From: Patescibacteria group bacterium
GTDB lineage: Bacteria > Patescibacteriota > Patescibacteriia > Buchananbacterales > UBA6539
DNA length: 64,000 bases
Direction of reading: 5' to 3'
Assembly: GCA_028688055.1 (NCBI GenBank)
Contig: JAQTYZ010000003.1
Location: forward strand, 1,191 to 65,190
The notes below the pieces were generated by a model. The model saw only the letters and a list, made by a program, of their open reading frames with translations. It was not told the DNA's origin and searched no databases. Positions 49,787 through 59,717 of this stretch are shown here, piece after piece (the first letter of the stretch is position 1; each line of letters opens with the position of its first letter). Made by a program: the position numbers and the translations under genes.

Positions 49787-51853
49787 ATGAAACTTGATTT
49801 AGATAATTCGGTTTCGGCCTTGGGTCGGGTCGGACAGGCCACCGCCAAGCGACTAAAAAAGCTAGGTATTGAAACGGTCAAGGACCTGATTTTTTATTAT
49901 CCGGTTCGCTGGGAAGATTGGAGTCAGATTTCCGTTATTAATGATTTAAAGCCAGATACCACCGTTACCATTAAAGCCAAACTTCAGCTGATTAATAATC
50001 GAAGAAGTTTTAAGGCGCGAAAAATTATTACGGAAGGGTTAATTGCCGACGAGACTGGTTTACTAAAAGTGATTTGGTTTAATCAGCCTTTTTTGACAAA
50101 AAATTTAAAACCCGGTGATGAAATTTATTTTTCTGGTAAAGTTGATTTTGATAAATATTCACTGCAACTAGTCAATCCAGCTTATGAAAAAGTCAGGGCA
50201 GAGACGATTCATACCGCTAGGTTAGTGCCAATGTATTCGCTAACTGATGGTCTTAGCCAAAAACAATTGCGATTTTTAATCAAGGCCGCGTTAGTGGCCG
50301 CCGACCAAATTAAAGACTATTTGCCAGCGGACATCAGGTCAACTAATAAATTCGTTGGCTTGAAAGACGCGATTTTATCAGTGCATTTTCCACAAAATCA
50401 GCAAATTTTAAATGAGGCGATTCGGCGCCTTAAATTTGATGATATTTTTTTATTTGAATTAAAAATTTTAAAGGCCAAAAATGAGCTGGAGCAAAGTTTG
50501 GCTGAACCGATAAAATTTAATGAAAATGAAACCAAAAGGTTTGTTGATAGTTTGCCCTTTGAGTTGACTAATGATCAGCGCCAATCGGCTTGGAAAATTA
50601 TTTCAGATTTAGCAAAGGACCGGCCAATGAATCGACTGCTGGAAGGTGATGTTGGATCTGGTAAGACTGTGGTGGCATCGATTGCCATGTTAAACGCGGC
50701 TTTCAGCCAAAAGCAATCGGTTTTAATGGCACCGACTGAAATTTTAGCTTACCAACATTATGAAACTATTGTTAATTTGTTTAAAAAATTTGACGTCAAA
50801 ACTTGTTTACTAACAAAGTCTTGGGCACTCCTAGATGGATTAAGATCCACTAAAAGTCAAATAATCGACGGAATTAGAAACGGTAAAATTTTGATTGTGG
50901 TTGGTACTCAAAGTTTAATTCAGGAAAGTATTTTATTTCATGATTTAGGCTTGGCCGTTATTGATGAACAGCACCGATTCGGAGTTAATCAACGTTTGGA
51001 GCTAAAGAATAAATCGGGAAATAAACAAACCGTTCCACATTTGTTGACTATGACGGCAACGCCAATTCCGCGATCATTAGCGCTGACGCTTTATGGTGAT
51101 TTGGATATCTCAATTATTAGACAATTGCCTAAAAATCGAAAGAAAATTGAAACTAAAATTGTCGAATCTGAAAAACGAGAAGAAGTCTATCAGTTTATTA
51201 AAAACCAAATCCAAAACGGCCGTCAAACTTTTGTCGTTTGTCCGTTAATTGATCCCTCAGATAAACTAGGAGTTAGGTCGGTCACTGAAGAATATGATAA
51301 ATTGGTCAAAAAAATATTTCCAACGTTAAAAATTTCGATGTTGCATGGTAAATTAAAATCTTCGGAAAAAGAAAAGGTGATGGCTGATTTTTCAATCGGG
51401 AAAAGTGATATTTTAGTCACAACCTCCGTGATTGAAGTCGGAGTTGACGTTCCTAACGCGACGGTGATGATGATTGAAGGCGCTGATCGATTCGGTTTAG
51501 CTCAATTGCATCAATTTCGGGGGCGTGTCGGCAGAGCCGAACATCAATCTTATTGCTTTCTGTTGACTGAAAGTCGAAGTGAAAAAACTAAAAGTAGATT
51601 AACTTCGTTGGTGACTGCCGCCGATGGTTTTGAATTAGCGGAATTAGATTTGCAAAGCCGGGGACCGGGTGAAATTTACGGTTTTGAACAATCGGGTTGG
51701 CCGGAGTTTAAAATGGCAAAATTAACTGATCTTGAAATTATCGAACTAGGTAAATATTGGGCCGAAGCGTTATTAAAAAAAGACCCAGAGCTGGTTAATT
51801 ATCCGGGGCTTTTTGATCTTATTTTTGAAAGCGTCAAACTTCATTTAGAATAG
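49787..51853 (+). CDS. recG: ATP-dependent DNA helicase RecG
   Basis: Motifs MNRLLEGDVGSGKT, DEQHRFGV, MTATPIPRSL, LAQLHQFRGRVGR, RGPGE. Confidence 0.97.
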   Translation: MKLDLDNSVSALGRVGQATAKRLKKLGIETVKDLIFYYPVRWEDWSQISVINDLKPDTTVTIKAKLQLINNRRSFKARKIITEGLIADETGLLKVIWFNQPFLTKNLKPGDEIYFSGKVDFDKYSLQLVNPAYEKVRAETIHTARLVPMYSLTDGLSQKQLRFLIKAALVAADQIKDYLPADIRSTNKFVGLKDAILSVHFPQNQQILNEAIRRLKFDDIFLFELKILKAKNELEQSLAEPIKFNENETKRFVDSLPFELTNDQRQSAWKIISDLAKDRPMNRLLEGDVGSGKTVVASIAMLNAAFSQKQSVLMAPTEILAYQHYETIVNLFKKFDVKTCLLTKSWALLDGLRSTKSQIIDGIRNGKILIVVGTQSLIQESILFHDLGLAVIDEQHRFGVNQRLELKNKSGNKQTVPHLLTMTATPIPRSLALTLYGDLDISIIRQLPKNRKKIETKIVESEKREEVYQFIKNQIQNGRQTFVVCPLIDPSDKLGVRSVTEEYDKLVKKIFPTLKISMLHGKLKSSEKEKVMADFSIGKSDILVTTSVIEVGVDVPNATVMMIEGADRFGLAQLHQFRGRVGRAEHQSYCFLLTESRSEKTKSRLTSLVTAADGFELAELDLQSRGPGEIYGFEQSGWPEFKMAKLTDLEIIELGKYWAEALLKKDPELVNYPGLFDLIFESVKLHLE

Positions 51854-51855
51854 TA

Positions 51856-53199
51856 CTATTCAATCAATTTTAAAGCTTCAGTTAAATTAGCAACGGTTTG
51901 TAGCGTCATTTTAGGCGAATTTATTTTTTCTTTAATTTTAGGCATAATGACGGTTTTAAAGCCAAGCCGATGAAGTTCGGTTAAGCGTTTGCCAATTTGA
52001 GTAACGGGACGAATTTCACCGCCGAGACCAACTTCGCCAAACGCCGCCAGGTCGGAAGAAATGATTTTATTTTTTAGGGCCGACGCAACGGCTAAACAGA
52101 CTGGTAAATCAATGGCTGGTTCGGTAACTTTTAAGCCCCCGACCAAATTTAAATAGATATCTTGATTCATTAATTTAATATTTGAACGTTGTGACAGGGC
52201 GGCGACTAAGAGTTGCAGCCGATTTAAGTCAAAGCCGGACGAGCGGCGTTGTGGGTAGCCGAAGTTAGTTTGATTCACTAGGGCCTGAACTTCAAGCAAA
52301 AAAATTCTTGAACCTTCTAAAACTGGCGCAATAATTGAGCCGGCAGTTGACTGTTTGTCACCCAAAAAAATGGCGGCTGGGTCACTGACTTCAGTTAAGC
52401 CGTTGGAGCGCATTTCAAAAATACCAACTTCTGACGTTGAGCCAAAACGATTTTTGGCGCCGCGTAGAATTCTTAAGGTGTGGAATTGGTCACCCTCAAG
52501 ATAAAGAACAACATCAACAAGATGTTCAAGCGTTTTTGGTCCGCCCACATCACCGTCTTTAGTAACGTGGCCAATTATTAAAATTGTAATATCATTTTGC
52601 TTGGCGACTTCCAGGAGTTTGGTGGTGGAAATTCTGACTTGGTTGACACTGCCGGCACCTGATGGCGATTCAGCGGAGTGAATTGTTTGAATTGAGTCAA
52701 TAATGACAAACTTGGGTTTTTGTTCAACGATCGTTGAAACGATCGTTTCAACATTTGTTTCACCAAGAAATTTTAATTGATCAGATTTTATTTTTAGGCG
52801 ATCAAGCCTCGTTTTAATTTGACTACCAGATTCTTCGCCGGAAACATAGAGAATTGGAACATTGAGTGTTGAGCATATTTGTAAAACAATTGTTGATTTA
52901 CCAATGCCAGGCTCGCCGCCAAGCAATATTAAAGAGCCATTAACCAAGCCACCGCCTAAAACGCGGTCGATTTCATTGAGACCGGTTTTAAGGCGCTGAA
53001 AGTCGGCGGTTTTAATGTCGGTAAACGCGATAACTTTTCCGGGTGCAACTGAAATTTTATTTTTTGACTCAGTTGCTGGTTTAGCTTGAGTTTTTGCCAA
53101 AGTTCCCCACTGGCCGCATTCGCTGCAACGTCCTTGCCATTTTGGAAATTGACTATCGCAATTAGTGCAGCTAAAAATTTCGGAATGATTTTTTGCCAT
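51856..53199 (-). CDS. radA: DNA repair protein RadA/Sms (start ATG at 53199)
   Basis: CTNC...KWQGRCSECGQW, GGEPGIGKST, KNRFG, Lon-like C-terminus. Confidence 0.97.
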   Translation of the reverse strand: MAKNHSEIFSCTNCDSQFPKWQGRCSECGQWGTLAKTQAKPATESKNKISVAPGKVIAFTDIKTADFQRLKTGLNEIDRVLGGGLVNGSLILLGGEPGIGKSTIVLQICSTLNVPILYVSGEESGSQIKTRLDRLKIKSDQLKFLGETNVETIVSTIVEQKPKFVIIDSIQTIHSAESPSGAGSVNQVRISTTKLLEVAKQNDITILIIGHVTKDGDVGGPKTLEHLVDVVLYLEGDQFHTLRILRGAKNRFGSTSEVGIFEMRSNGLTEVSDPAAIFLGDKQSTAGSIIAPVLEGSRIFLLEVQALVNQTNFGYPQRRSSGFDLNRLQLLVAALSQRSNIKLMNQDIYLNLVGGLKVTEPAIDLPVCLAVASALKNKIISSDLAAFGEVGLGGEIRPVTQIGKRLTELHRLGFKTVIMPKIKEKINSPKMTLQTVANLTEALKLIE

Positions 53200-53200
53200 G

Positions 53201-54475
53201 CTACTTGAGTGAAATAGTGTAAAGTCGGCCGTTAGTTTTGGAAGTAAAATAGAGACTGCCGCCATCTTTGGTAACCATTAATTTATCAATATTGATATCA
53301 CCCTGCGGTACCGCCACTTTAGTTTTAATGCCATTAGTCAAATCCACCTTATAGATGTCAGTCGGTGAAGTGTCTAAATCGTTGTTAAAAATGCCGGCCC
53401 CAGTTTGTAAGGTTCTGGGAACAGCACAATAGACTGTCGAGTTGTCTTGAAAGGTGCATTTGTCAGCCCAAGTCTCTAGGTTAATGCTTTTGCGATTTTG
53501 ACCGATGTTGTCACCTTGGGCATCAACGATCCAGAGGGTCGGTTTGTAGTCAGTGTTGCTGGAGTAAACGCTATAAAGCAGTTTATCGCCACTACTTGAC
53601 CATTGACTTTGAAAACCACGGCCTTCAATTATTGCTGACTTAAAGTTTTCACCATTGATACCAACAAAATAAAGATTTTGTCGATCAAAATCTAAGTCCT
53701 CAGTAAATGTAGCGATTATTTGATTGTTTGGTGACCAGCTTGAGTAGACAGTCGCATCTTGATCACCAAGTGGTTCAATTTTTTTAGCTTGTGATCCATC
53801 GGCATTCGAGATTGCCAGCCAGCGATTTTCGGGGTCGGTGCCCATACTTTTAAAAACGATTTGATCACCAGTTGGTGAGAAGCTGAAATTTTTCCAGTGT
53901 TCGGGCAAAGTTACCTGTCGGCCAGTATCAAAATTGTAAAGAATATTTGCGCCATCAGGATATTCTAAAACCGCTTGTTTTTTATCCGGTGACCAGGTGA
54001 CATTTTGAACTGAATAAAAAACTTTGTCACTTAAGGGAATAACTTTTCCATTTGATCCAATTTCATAAAATATTCCGGATGTTTTGTCATAGTAGGCCGC
54101 GCTGGTACCGTCGGCCGTGATGGAAATTGAGCTGGCTTGGCCGGTGGTTAGCGCAATGGTTTTAGTAAGTCCGCCATTGGCGATTACTGAGACTGTTGTT
54201 TGGCCGGTGGTTAGCGGCAAATCGATTGTTGGATTTAAATTTGTATCGGTTGTGGTGCTTGAGCCGGGTAAGGCACCGTTGATGTCGTTGGCAATCGGAA
54301 TGTTGACGTTGGTACCAGTTACGGGTAAGCCGCCTTCACCGGTCAGGGCATTGATATTTTGATTAGCAGTTGGAATCGTTGGTTTTAAAAATAGAAAATA
54401 GAGCAGATAGCCGATTAACAAAACGGCGACGACAAAGCCGACTAGTAAGGCAATTCTTTTCCAATTTATATTCAT
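53201..54475 (-). CDS. Membrane-anchored beta-propeller (TolB/PD40-like) protein
   Basis: N-terminal TM, Thr-rich linker, WSPD / FSPTG / WSPNN / WSSSG blade motifs. Confidence 0.75.
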   Translation of the reverse strand: MNINWKRIALLVGFVVAVLLIGYLLYFLFLKPTIPTANQNINALTGEGGLPVTGTNVNIPIANDINGALPGSSTTTDTNLNPTIDLPLTTGQTTVSVIANGGLTKTIALTTGQASSISITADGTSAAYYDKTSGIFYEIGSNGKVIPLSDKVFYSVQNVTWSPDKKQAVLEYPDGANILYNFDTGRQVTLPEHWKNFSFSPTGDQIVFKSMGTDPENRWLAISNADGSQAKKIEPLGDQDATVYSSWSPNNQIIATFTEDLDFDRQNLYFVGINGENFKSAIIEGRGFQSQWSSSGDKLLYSVYSSNTDYKPTLWIVDAQGDNIGQNRKSINLETWADKCTFQDNSTVYCAVPRTLQTGAGIFNNDLDTSPTDIYKVDLTNGIKTKVAVPQGDINIDKLMVTKDGGSLYFTSKTNGRLYTISLK

Positions 54476-54490
54476 ATATTTTTTTATTTT

Positions 54491-55564
54491 TTAATTTGTT
54501 GGTAGTGGCGGTGAAGATATAATGCCGCCGCAGGTACCAACACCAAAAACATGACCGCCAATGCACTTAATAAAGTCCCAGGAAAATCCAGTCACCTGAT
54601 ATAATGTATCAAGTGGGTGCAACCAAACGTAGGCAATAACTGCTACTAATAGTATAACGGCAAAAATAACAATTAGCCAAAGAAATCCGAGGAAGAAGCA
54701 GCCAATGACTTCTAATAGTTCAACAATTTTAGATAATTTTTCACCGGCTTTACCTCCGGCAGTCTTGGCTTTTTTGGGGATCCATTCTTCGCCAAATTTA
54801 CAAAAAAATATTGATAAGGGGGTGAAGTAAGCCAGTAGATAGTGAAGCGGGATATAAAAATATGATAAGCCAAAGGAGTCGGGAAGGTTTAGCCAGGCTT
54901 GCTTTAAAATTTCACCGGTGCCGGTCAGTGAGCTAACAGTTTGTTCAAGTTTTTGAATAGCCTGACTGGTTTTTTTTGTATCCTTTTCCGCCTGTCGTAA
55001 CTTCCGCCCCGTCAAATGGCGACGCCAGTTTTTTTCTTGAGTCTGTTGATTGTATTGTTTTTTAAGGTTATCTTTTTTGTCGGTTTTTTGCCCCAGCGCT
55101 TTTCGCTGTTGATCTAAATTTTGTTGGGCTTGTTGGGCTCTGGTTTGGGGTTGATTCTCGTCATTTTCGTCTTCGTCAGCTGGTGCATCATTTTGGTTGT
55201 CGGATGCTGCTTGATTAGCATTTTGATCGCCAGTCAAGCCCGCTGGATTAGTTTTTTCAGGAGTAGCCCCTTGGGTTCTAGGGAAATGTCGAGTTTCGGC
55301 GGCGGTGTTTTTAAGCGGTTGGCTTTTTTTGTTACTCAGGGAAGCGGTCGCCGGATGGTCCTCGTCATTTTCGGCTTCGTCAGCTGGGGCATCATTTTGC
55401 GCTAGTTGATCTTGGCGTCTGGCCGCTTGTAAATTTCGCTGGTGTTGCTTTTCTTGTTTGTATTTATTGAAGTCGACAATATTATCCCGCGGTACCAAAC
55501 GGTCGAGAGATTCCATTGAACCGTTTAGATCTTCAACGGAAATTTTTCTGGCTGGCTCGCCCAT
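54491..55564 (-). CDS. Hypothetical protein: disordered Q/D/N-rich N-terminus, coiled coil and C-terminal TM segments
   Basis: ORF co-oriented with clpC; low-complexity region and hydrophobic C-terminus. Confidence 0.7.
   Translation of the reverse strand: MGEPARKISVEDLNGSMESLDRLVPRDNIVDFNKYKQEKQHQRNLQAARRQDQLAQNDAPADEAENDEDHPATASLSNKKSQPLKNTAAETRHFPRTQGATPEKTNPAGLTGDQNANQAASDNQNDAPADEDENDENQPQTRAQQAQQNLDQQRKALGQKTDKKDNLKKQYNQQTQEKNWRRHLTGRKLRQAEKDTKKTSQAIQKLEQTVSSLTGTGEILKQAWLNLPDSFGLSYFYIPLHYLLAYFTPLSIFFCKFGEEWIPKKAKTAGGKAGEKLSKIVELLEVIGCFFLGFLWLIVIFAVILLVAVIAYVWLHPLDTLYQVTGFSWDFIKCIGGHVFGVGTCGGIISSPPLPTN
55157..55399. repeat. 39-nt direct repeat (55157-55195 and 55361-55399) encoding QNDAPADE(A/D)ENDE
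   Basis: 37/39 identity by eye. Confidence 0.85.
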
Positions 55565-55569
55565 CAAAT

Positions 55570-58062
55570 TTAAATAATTATTTGATTATTTTTAACCTTA
55601 ACAGTTAGCTGATGTTTTTTCTTATTAGTCGCTTGTAGAATCTTATTAGCCATCTGGCTTTCAATTAAATTTTGGATTGTTTGTCTAATGGCTCGGGCGC
55701 CAACGTCAGGACTAAAACTATTTTTGGCAATAAAATTAACAACCTCATCACTAATTTTCAGATTTATTCCTTGTTTAGCCAGTCTTTCCTGTAGTTCATT
55801 TAATTGGAGCGTGGTTATTTTTTCGATATCATTTATTTTAAGGGGTTTAAAAACGACGACCTTATCTAAGCGGCTCAAAAATTCAGGCGGAAATTTTTCT
55901 TTTAATTTATCCAGCACGGAGTTCTTTATTGTTTCCATTTTAGGTAAATCATCACCAGCGGCATTTTTGTCAGAATTCTGAAAACCAATGGCGGCTTGGC
56001 GGTTAAAACTTTCTGAGCCTAGGTTGGAAGTCATGATAATGATGGTATTTTTAAAGTTTATTTTTTTACCCGTCGCATCAGTTAGCTGACCATCTTCAAG
56101 AATTTGGAGCAAGAGGTTAAAAATCTGACGATGGGCTTTTTCAATTTCATCAAATAGGACAACGGAATAAGGCCGGTGCTTAACCGCGTCAGTTAGCTTG
56201 GTGCCCTCTTTGTAGCCAACATAGCCAGCCGGCGCGCCAATTAATTTGGAGATATTAAAGCTCTCGGCATATTCGGACATGTCGATTTTTATCAGACTTT
56301 GCGGATTGCCAAATACCGTTTTCGCAATGGTCCGGGCCAGCTCAGTTTTGCCGACGCCGGAGGGCCCAAGAAAAATAAATGAGCCGATGGGACGATTAGC
56401 ATCATTAATACCGGTTCGCGAACGTCTGATAAACTCGGCGACTGATTTTAAGGCCTCGGCCTGGCCGACAATTTTTTCGCCTAGGATTTTTTCTAAGTTT
56501 AGGAGTGAGTTTTTTTCTTCAACAATTAAATCAGACAGGGGAACGCTGGTTATTTTCGAAACAACGGCCGCAATGTCTTGCTCGGTAATTTGGTCGAGAA
56601 CTGTTTCCTGCTTTTTAATTAGCTGTTGTCTGGCTTCCCGGAGTTTGGCCATAATTTCCTGCTCTTGTTGGCGCAATTTGATTGCGGCGGAAAATTTTTC
56701 TTTTGATACATTGTCTCGTTTTTTTTGTTCAATATGCCGAAGTTGATTTTCAAGCTGGGAAATTTCGCGGGTCAAGGGGTTTACTGACCTTTTTATTTTG
56801 GCCGCCGCGGATGCTTCATCAATCAGGTCAATGGCTTTGTCCGGCAAGAATCGGTCTGAAATATAGCGGTCCGATAATTGGGCGGCGGCTGTAATGGCCG
56901 ATTTGGTTATTTTGACTTGATGGAATAATTCATAATTTTCTTTAATGCCTTCAAGAATAGCAATCGTTTTTTCAACCGACGGTTGACTAACAAAGATTGG
57001 TTGGAAGCGGCGATCAAGCGCCGGATCGCTTTCAATATATTTTTTGTATTCTTCGGTGGTGGTCGCGCCAATACAGCGAATTTCGCCGCGGGCTAGCGCC
57101 GGTTTTAAAATATTAGCCGCGTCCATTGAGCCGGTGGCCGAACCAATGCCGATAATATTATGAATTTCATCGATAAATAAGATAATATTTGGGTTGCGTT
57201 TAACTTCAGTAATAATTTGTTTGAGGCGATTTTCAAATTCACCGCGGAAACTTGTCCCGGCCACAACTAAACTTAAGTCCAGCGTATATATTTTTTTTCC
57301 GACTAAAACTTCAGGCACGTCGCCCTGAGTAATTTTTTTGGCCAAGCCTTCGACAATCGCCGTTTTACCAACACCCGGATCGCCCAACAGCAGCGGGTTA
57401 TTTTTATTGCGGCGTGATAATATTTGAATTAATCTTTCAATTTCAATTTCACGTCCAATCACCGGATCGATTTCTCTTTGAATATTTGGGTCGGTTAAAT
57501 TGGTGCCAAACACTTCCAGGGCTGATGATTGGCGTGTGGTAGTCTCACTAGCGCCGAATAATTCGTCGTTATTTTCTGAATTATTAAAGCTAGCCATTGA
57601 GTTAGTAATGTCCGGAAATTTTGAAGTGCTATTTAAAATCAGTTCAACTTGTTTTTTAATGTCCTTAATGTTGATGCCTTTGGCTTCAAGAAAAAGGGTA
57701 ATGTTCAAATCTTCCAGCGACAGTAACGAAGCTAAAATATGCTCGGTGCCGATGTAGTAGTGATGATTCAGATTGGCGAGGATAAAAGATTTTTCAATGA
57801 TTTTTTTGGTCGCTTGAGATAGGCCAATTTGTGTGATGGTTTCCGATGCTTTCGGTTCATTTTTGATCATTTTTTTAATTTCCGTTGACTCAACTTTCGC
57901 TTGGTGCAAAATTTGCGCCGCGATGCTACCCTTTTGTTGGCTTAAACCGTAAAGAATATGTTGGGGAGTAATATTTTTATTTCCGGCCGCTAACGCTAAA
58001 CTCAGCGCATTTTTCAAAGCGTTTTTGGAGTGGTCGCTAAATTTATTAAAAATTGAATCCAT
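55570..58062 (-). CDS. clpC: ATP-dependent Clp protease ATPase subunit (ClpC-like)
   Basis: Clp N repeats, [42 protein letters not shown]. Confidence 0.93.
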   Translation of the reverse strand: MDSIFNKFSDHSKNALKNALSLALAAGNKNITPQHILYGLSQQKGSIAAQILHQAKVESTEIKKMIKNEPKASETITQIGLSQATKKIIEKSFILANLNHHYYIGTEHILASLLSLEDLNITLFLEAKGINIKDIKKQVELILNSTSKFPDITNSMASFNNSENNDELFGASETTTRQSSALEVFGTNLTDPNIQREIDPVIGREIEIERLIQILSRRNKNNPLLLGDPGVGKTAIVEGLAKKITQGDVPEVLVGKKIYTLDLSLVVAGTSFRGEFENRLKQIITEVKRNPNIILFIDEIHNIIGIGSATGSMDAANILKPALARGEIRCIGATTTEEYKKYIESDPALDRRFQPIFVSQPSVEKTIAILEGIKENYELFHQVKITKSAITAAAQLSDRYISDRFLPDKAIDLIDEASAAAKIKRSVNPLTREISQLENQLRHIEQKKRDNVSKEKFSAAIKLRQQEQEIMAKLREARQQLIKKQETVLDQITEQDIAAVVSKITSVPLSDLIVEEKNSLLNLEKILGEKIVGQAEALKSVAEFIRRSRTGINDANRPIGSFIFLGPSGVGKTELARTIAKTVFGNPQSLIKIDMSEYAESFNISKLIGAPAGYVGYKEGTKLTDAVKHRPYSVVLFDEIEKAHRQIFNLLLQILEDGQLTDATGKKINFKNTIIIMTSNLGSESFNRQAAIGFQNSDKNAAGDDLPKMETIKNSVLDKLKEKFPPEFLSRLDKVVVFKPLKINDIEKITTLQLNELQERLAKQGINLKISDEVVNFIAKNSFSPDVGARAIRQTIQNLIESQMANKILQATNKKKHQLTVKVKNNQIII

Positions 58063-58063
58063 C

Positions 58064-58957
58064 TTATGAAGCCATTTTTCTTAAGTTAATAATGCGATCT
58101 TCCAGCGGCGGGTGAGTCGAAAATAAACCCGACATCATGTGTTTGGTGCGACCAAACGGTGACGAGATATAAAGGTGGGCGGTGGCATTGTTGGCGTGTT
58201 GTAACGGCATATTTTCGGCGGCGATTTTTTCTAAGGCGCGAGCCAAACCTTCGGGGTAGCGCGTCAAGAGCGCCCCGGAGGCATCGGCTAAATATTCGCG
58301 TTTGCGCGAGACGGCCAGTTGAATTAATTTGCCGATTAGGGGGGACAGTACTAATAGGATGACGCCAAACGCCATAAGAATCAATTGCAGTCGTCCGTCT
58401 TCGCGGTCGTCGCGGCGGCCGCCCCAAAATCTAATTCTGATAAACCAGTCTGACAGTAAGGCCATTAATCCCACCAAGACCAGAACTAAGGTCATTAGTA
58501 AAATATCATAATTTTTGACGTGTGAAAGTTCGTGAGCCAGCACGCCTTCGAGCTCTTCATTCGCTAATTTTTCGATAGCACCGGTGGTTACCGCGACTGA
58601 GGCGTGTTGCGGATTACGTCCGGTGGCAAAAGCGTTAATGGCCGCGTCGGCGATAACATAAACTTTGGGCATCGGTAGACCAGCGGTAATCGCGAGATTC
58701 TCAACCATCCGATAAAGATAAGGATTGTCAGTTTGCGCAATGGGACCTTGAGCCCCGGCCGTCGCTAAAGCGAGTTTGTCACCCTGGAAATAACCTAGCA
58801 GGGAAGTGACAACGGCGATCAATAACGCCAAAATTACGCCGGCGTAACCGGAGTCGGTAGTGACTGAAAAAATCCAGCCAATCAATACCACAATGGCAAC
58901 GAATATTGCCACTAATAAAACAGTTTTTCTTTTATTACTATCAATTTGTTGATACAT
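58064..58957 (-). CDS. htpX: HtpX-like M48 zinc metalloprotease
   Basis: Motifs NAFATGRNP, LAHELSH, SRKREYLAD, FSTHPP. Confidence 0.92.
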   Translation of the reverse strand: MYQQIDSNKRKTVLLVAIFVAIVVLIGWIFSVTTDSGYAGVILALLIAVVTSLLGYFQGDKLALATAGAQGPIAQTDNPYLYRMVENLAITAGLPMPKVYVIADAAINAFATGRNPQHASVAVTTGAIEKLANEELEGVLAHELSHVKNYDILLMTLVLVLVGLMALLSDWFIRIRFWGGRRDDREDGRLQLILMAFGVILLVLSPLIGKLIQLAVSRKREYLADASGALLTRYPEGLARALEKIAAENMPLQHANNATAHLYISSPFGRTKHMMSGLFSTHPPLEDRIINLRKMAS

Positions 58958-58963
58958 CCTGGT

Positions 58964-59518
58964 TTAAAATTTTACGGAAACATTTTCCCGTTCCGCCGAT
59001 TCGGCCTGAAAGAATTCGAACGCTTTGAAGCTCATCATGCCGGCGATTAAATTTGTTGGGAAGACCTGGATTTGCGTATTGAAGTCTCTAACATTGCCGT
59101 TGTAGAACCGTCGGGCAGCTTGAATTTTATTTTCCGTGTCAGCTAGTTCATCTTGAAGTTTTAGGAAATTTTGTGACGCTTTTAAATCCGGATAATTTTC
59201 CGCGACGGCAAAAATTGATTTGAGTGATTCAGTTAACATATTTTCCGCTTGGCCTTTGGCGGCTGTACCCTGGGCGTTCACCGCCGCGGCGCGCGCCGCG
59301 GTAACTTTCTCAAACAATTCGCGTTCATGAGTGGCATAGCCCTTAACGGTTTCAATTAAGTTTGGGATTAAGTCATGTCGTCGCTTTAACTGAACGTCAA
59401 TATCGGCGAAGGCTTCGCTGACTCGATTTTTTTGACGAATTAAACCGTTAAAAACGACAATGAGCCAGATGGCAAGTATGGCCACGATGGCCAATATTAT
59501 AGATAACCAGGTATTCAT
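58964..59518 (-). CDS. lemA: LemA family protein
   Basis: Motifs IDVQLKRRHDLIPNL, AVAENYPDLKAS, ARRFYN, FPTNLIA. Confidence 0.95.
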   Translation of the reverse strand: MNTWLSIILAIVAILAIWLIVVFNGLIRQKNRVSEAFADIDVQLKRRHDLIPNLIETVKGYATHERELFEKVTAARAAAVNAQGTAAKGQAENMLTESLKSIFAVAENYPDLKASQNFLKLQDELADTENKIQAARRFYNGNVRDFNTQIQVFPTNLIAGMMSFKAFEFFQAESAERENVSVKF

Positions 59519-59717
59519 ATTTTTTAATTAGGTTAATAAGCGATTGATTTGATTTTTTGTTGGCGTCAAACCTTTTTTTGTGTTAAAATATATTTGTGAT
59601 ATTGTTTTTCTTTGTGTATATTATATAATAAAAGAAGAGGTTTGGTCAAAGTGAATATTATTTTTAATAATTTTGAAAAATTCTTCCTGAAATAAAGGGG
59701 GATTAGTTGAAAAAATT

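Noticed and set aside
49645-49881. Minus-strand ORF antisense to the recG start
   Set aside because: It overlaps recG and has no motif. A 40-aa version ending near the bidirectional terminator is possible but unsupported.
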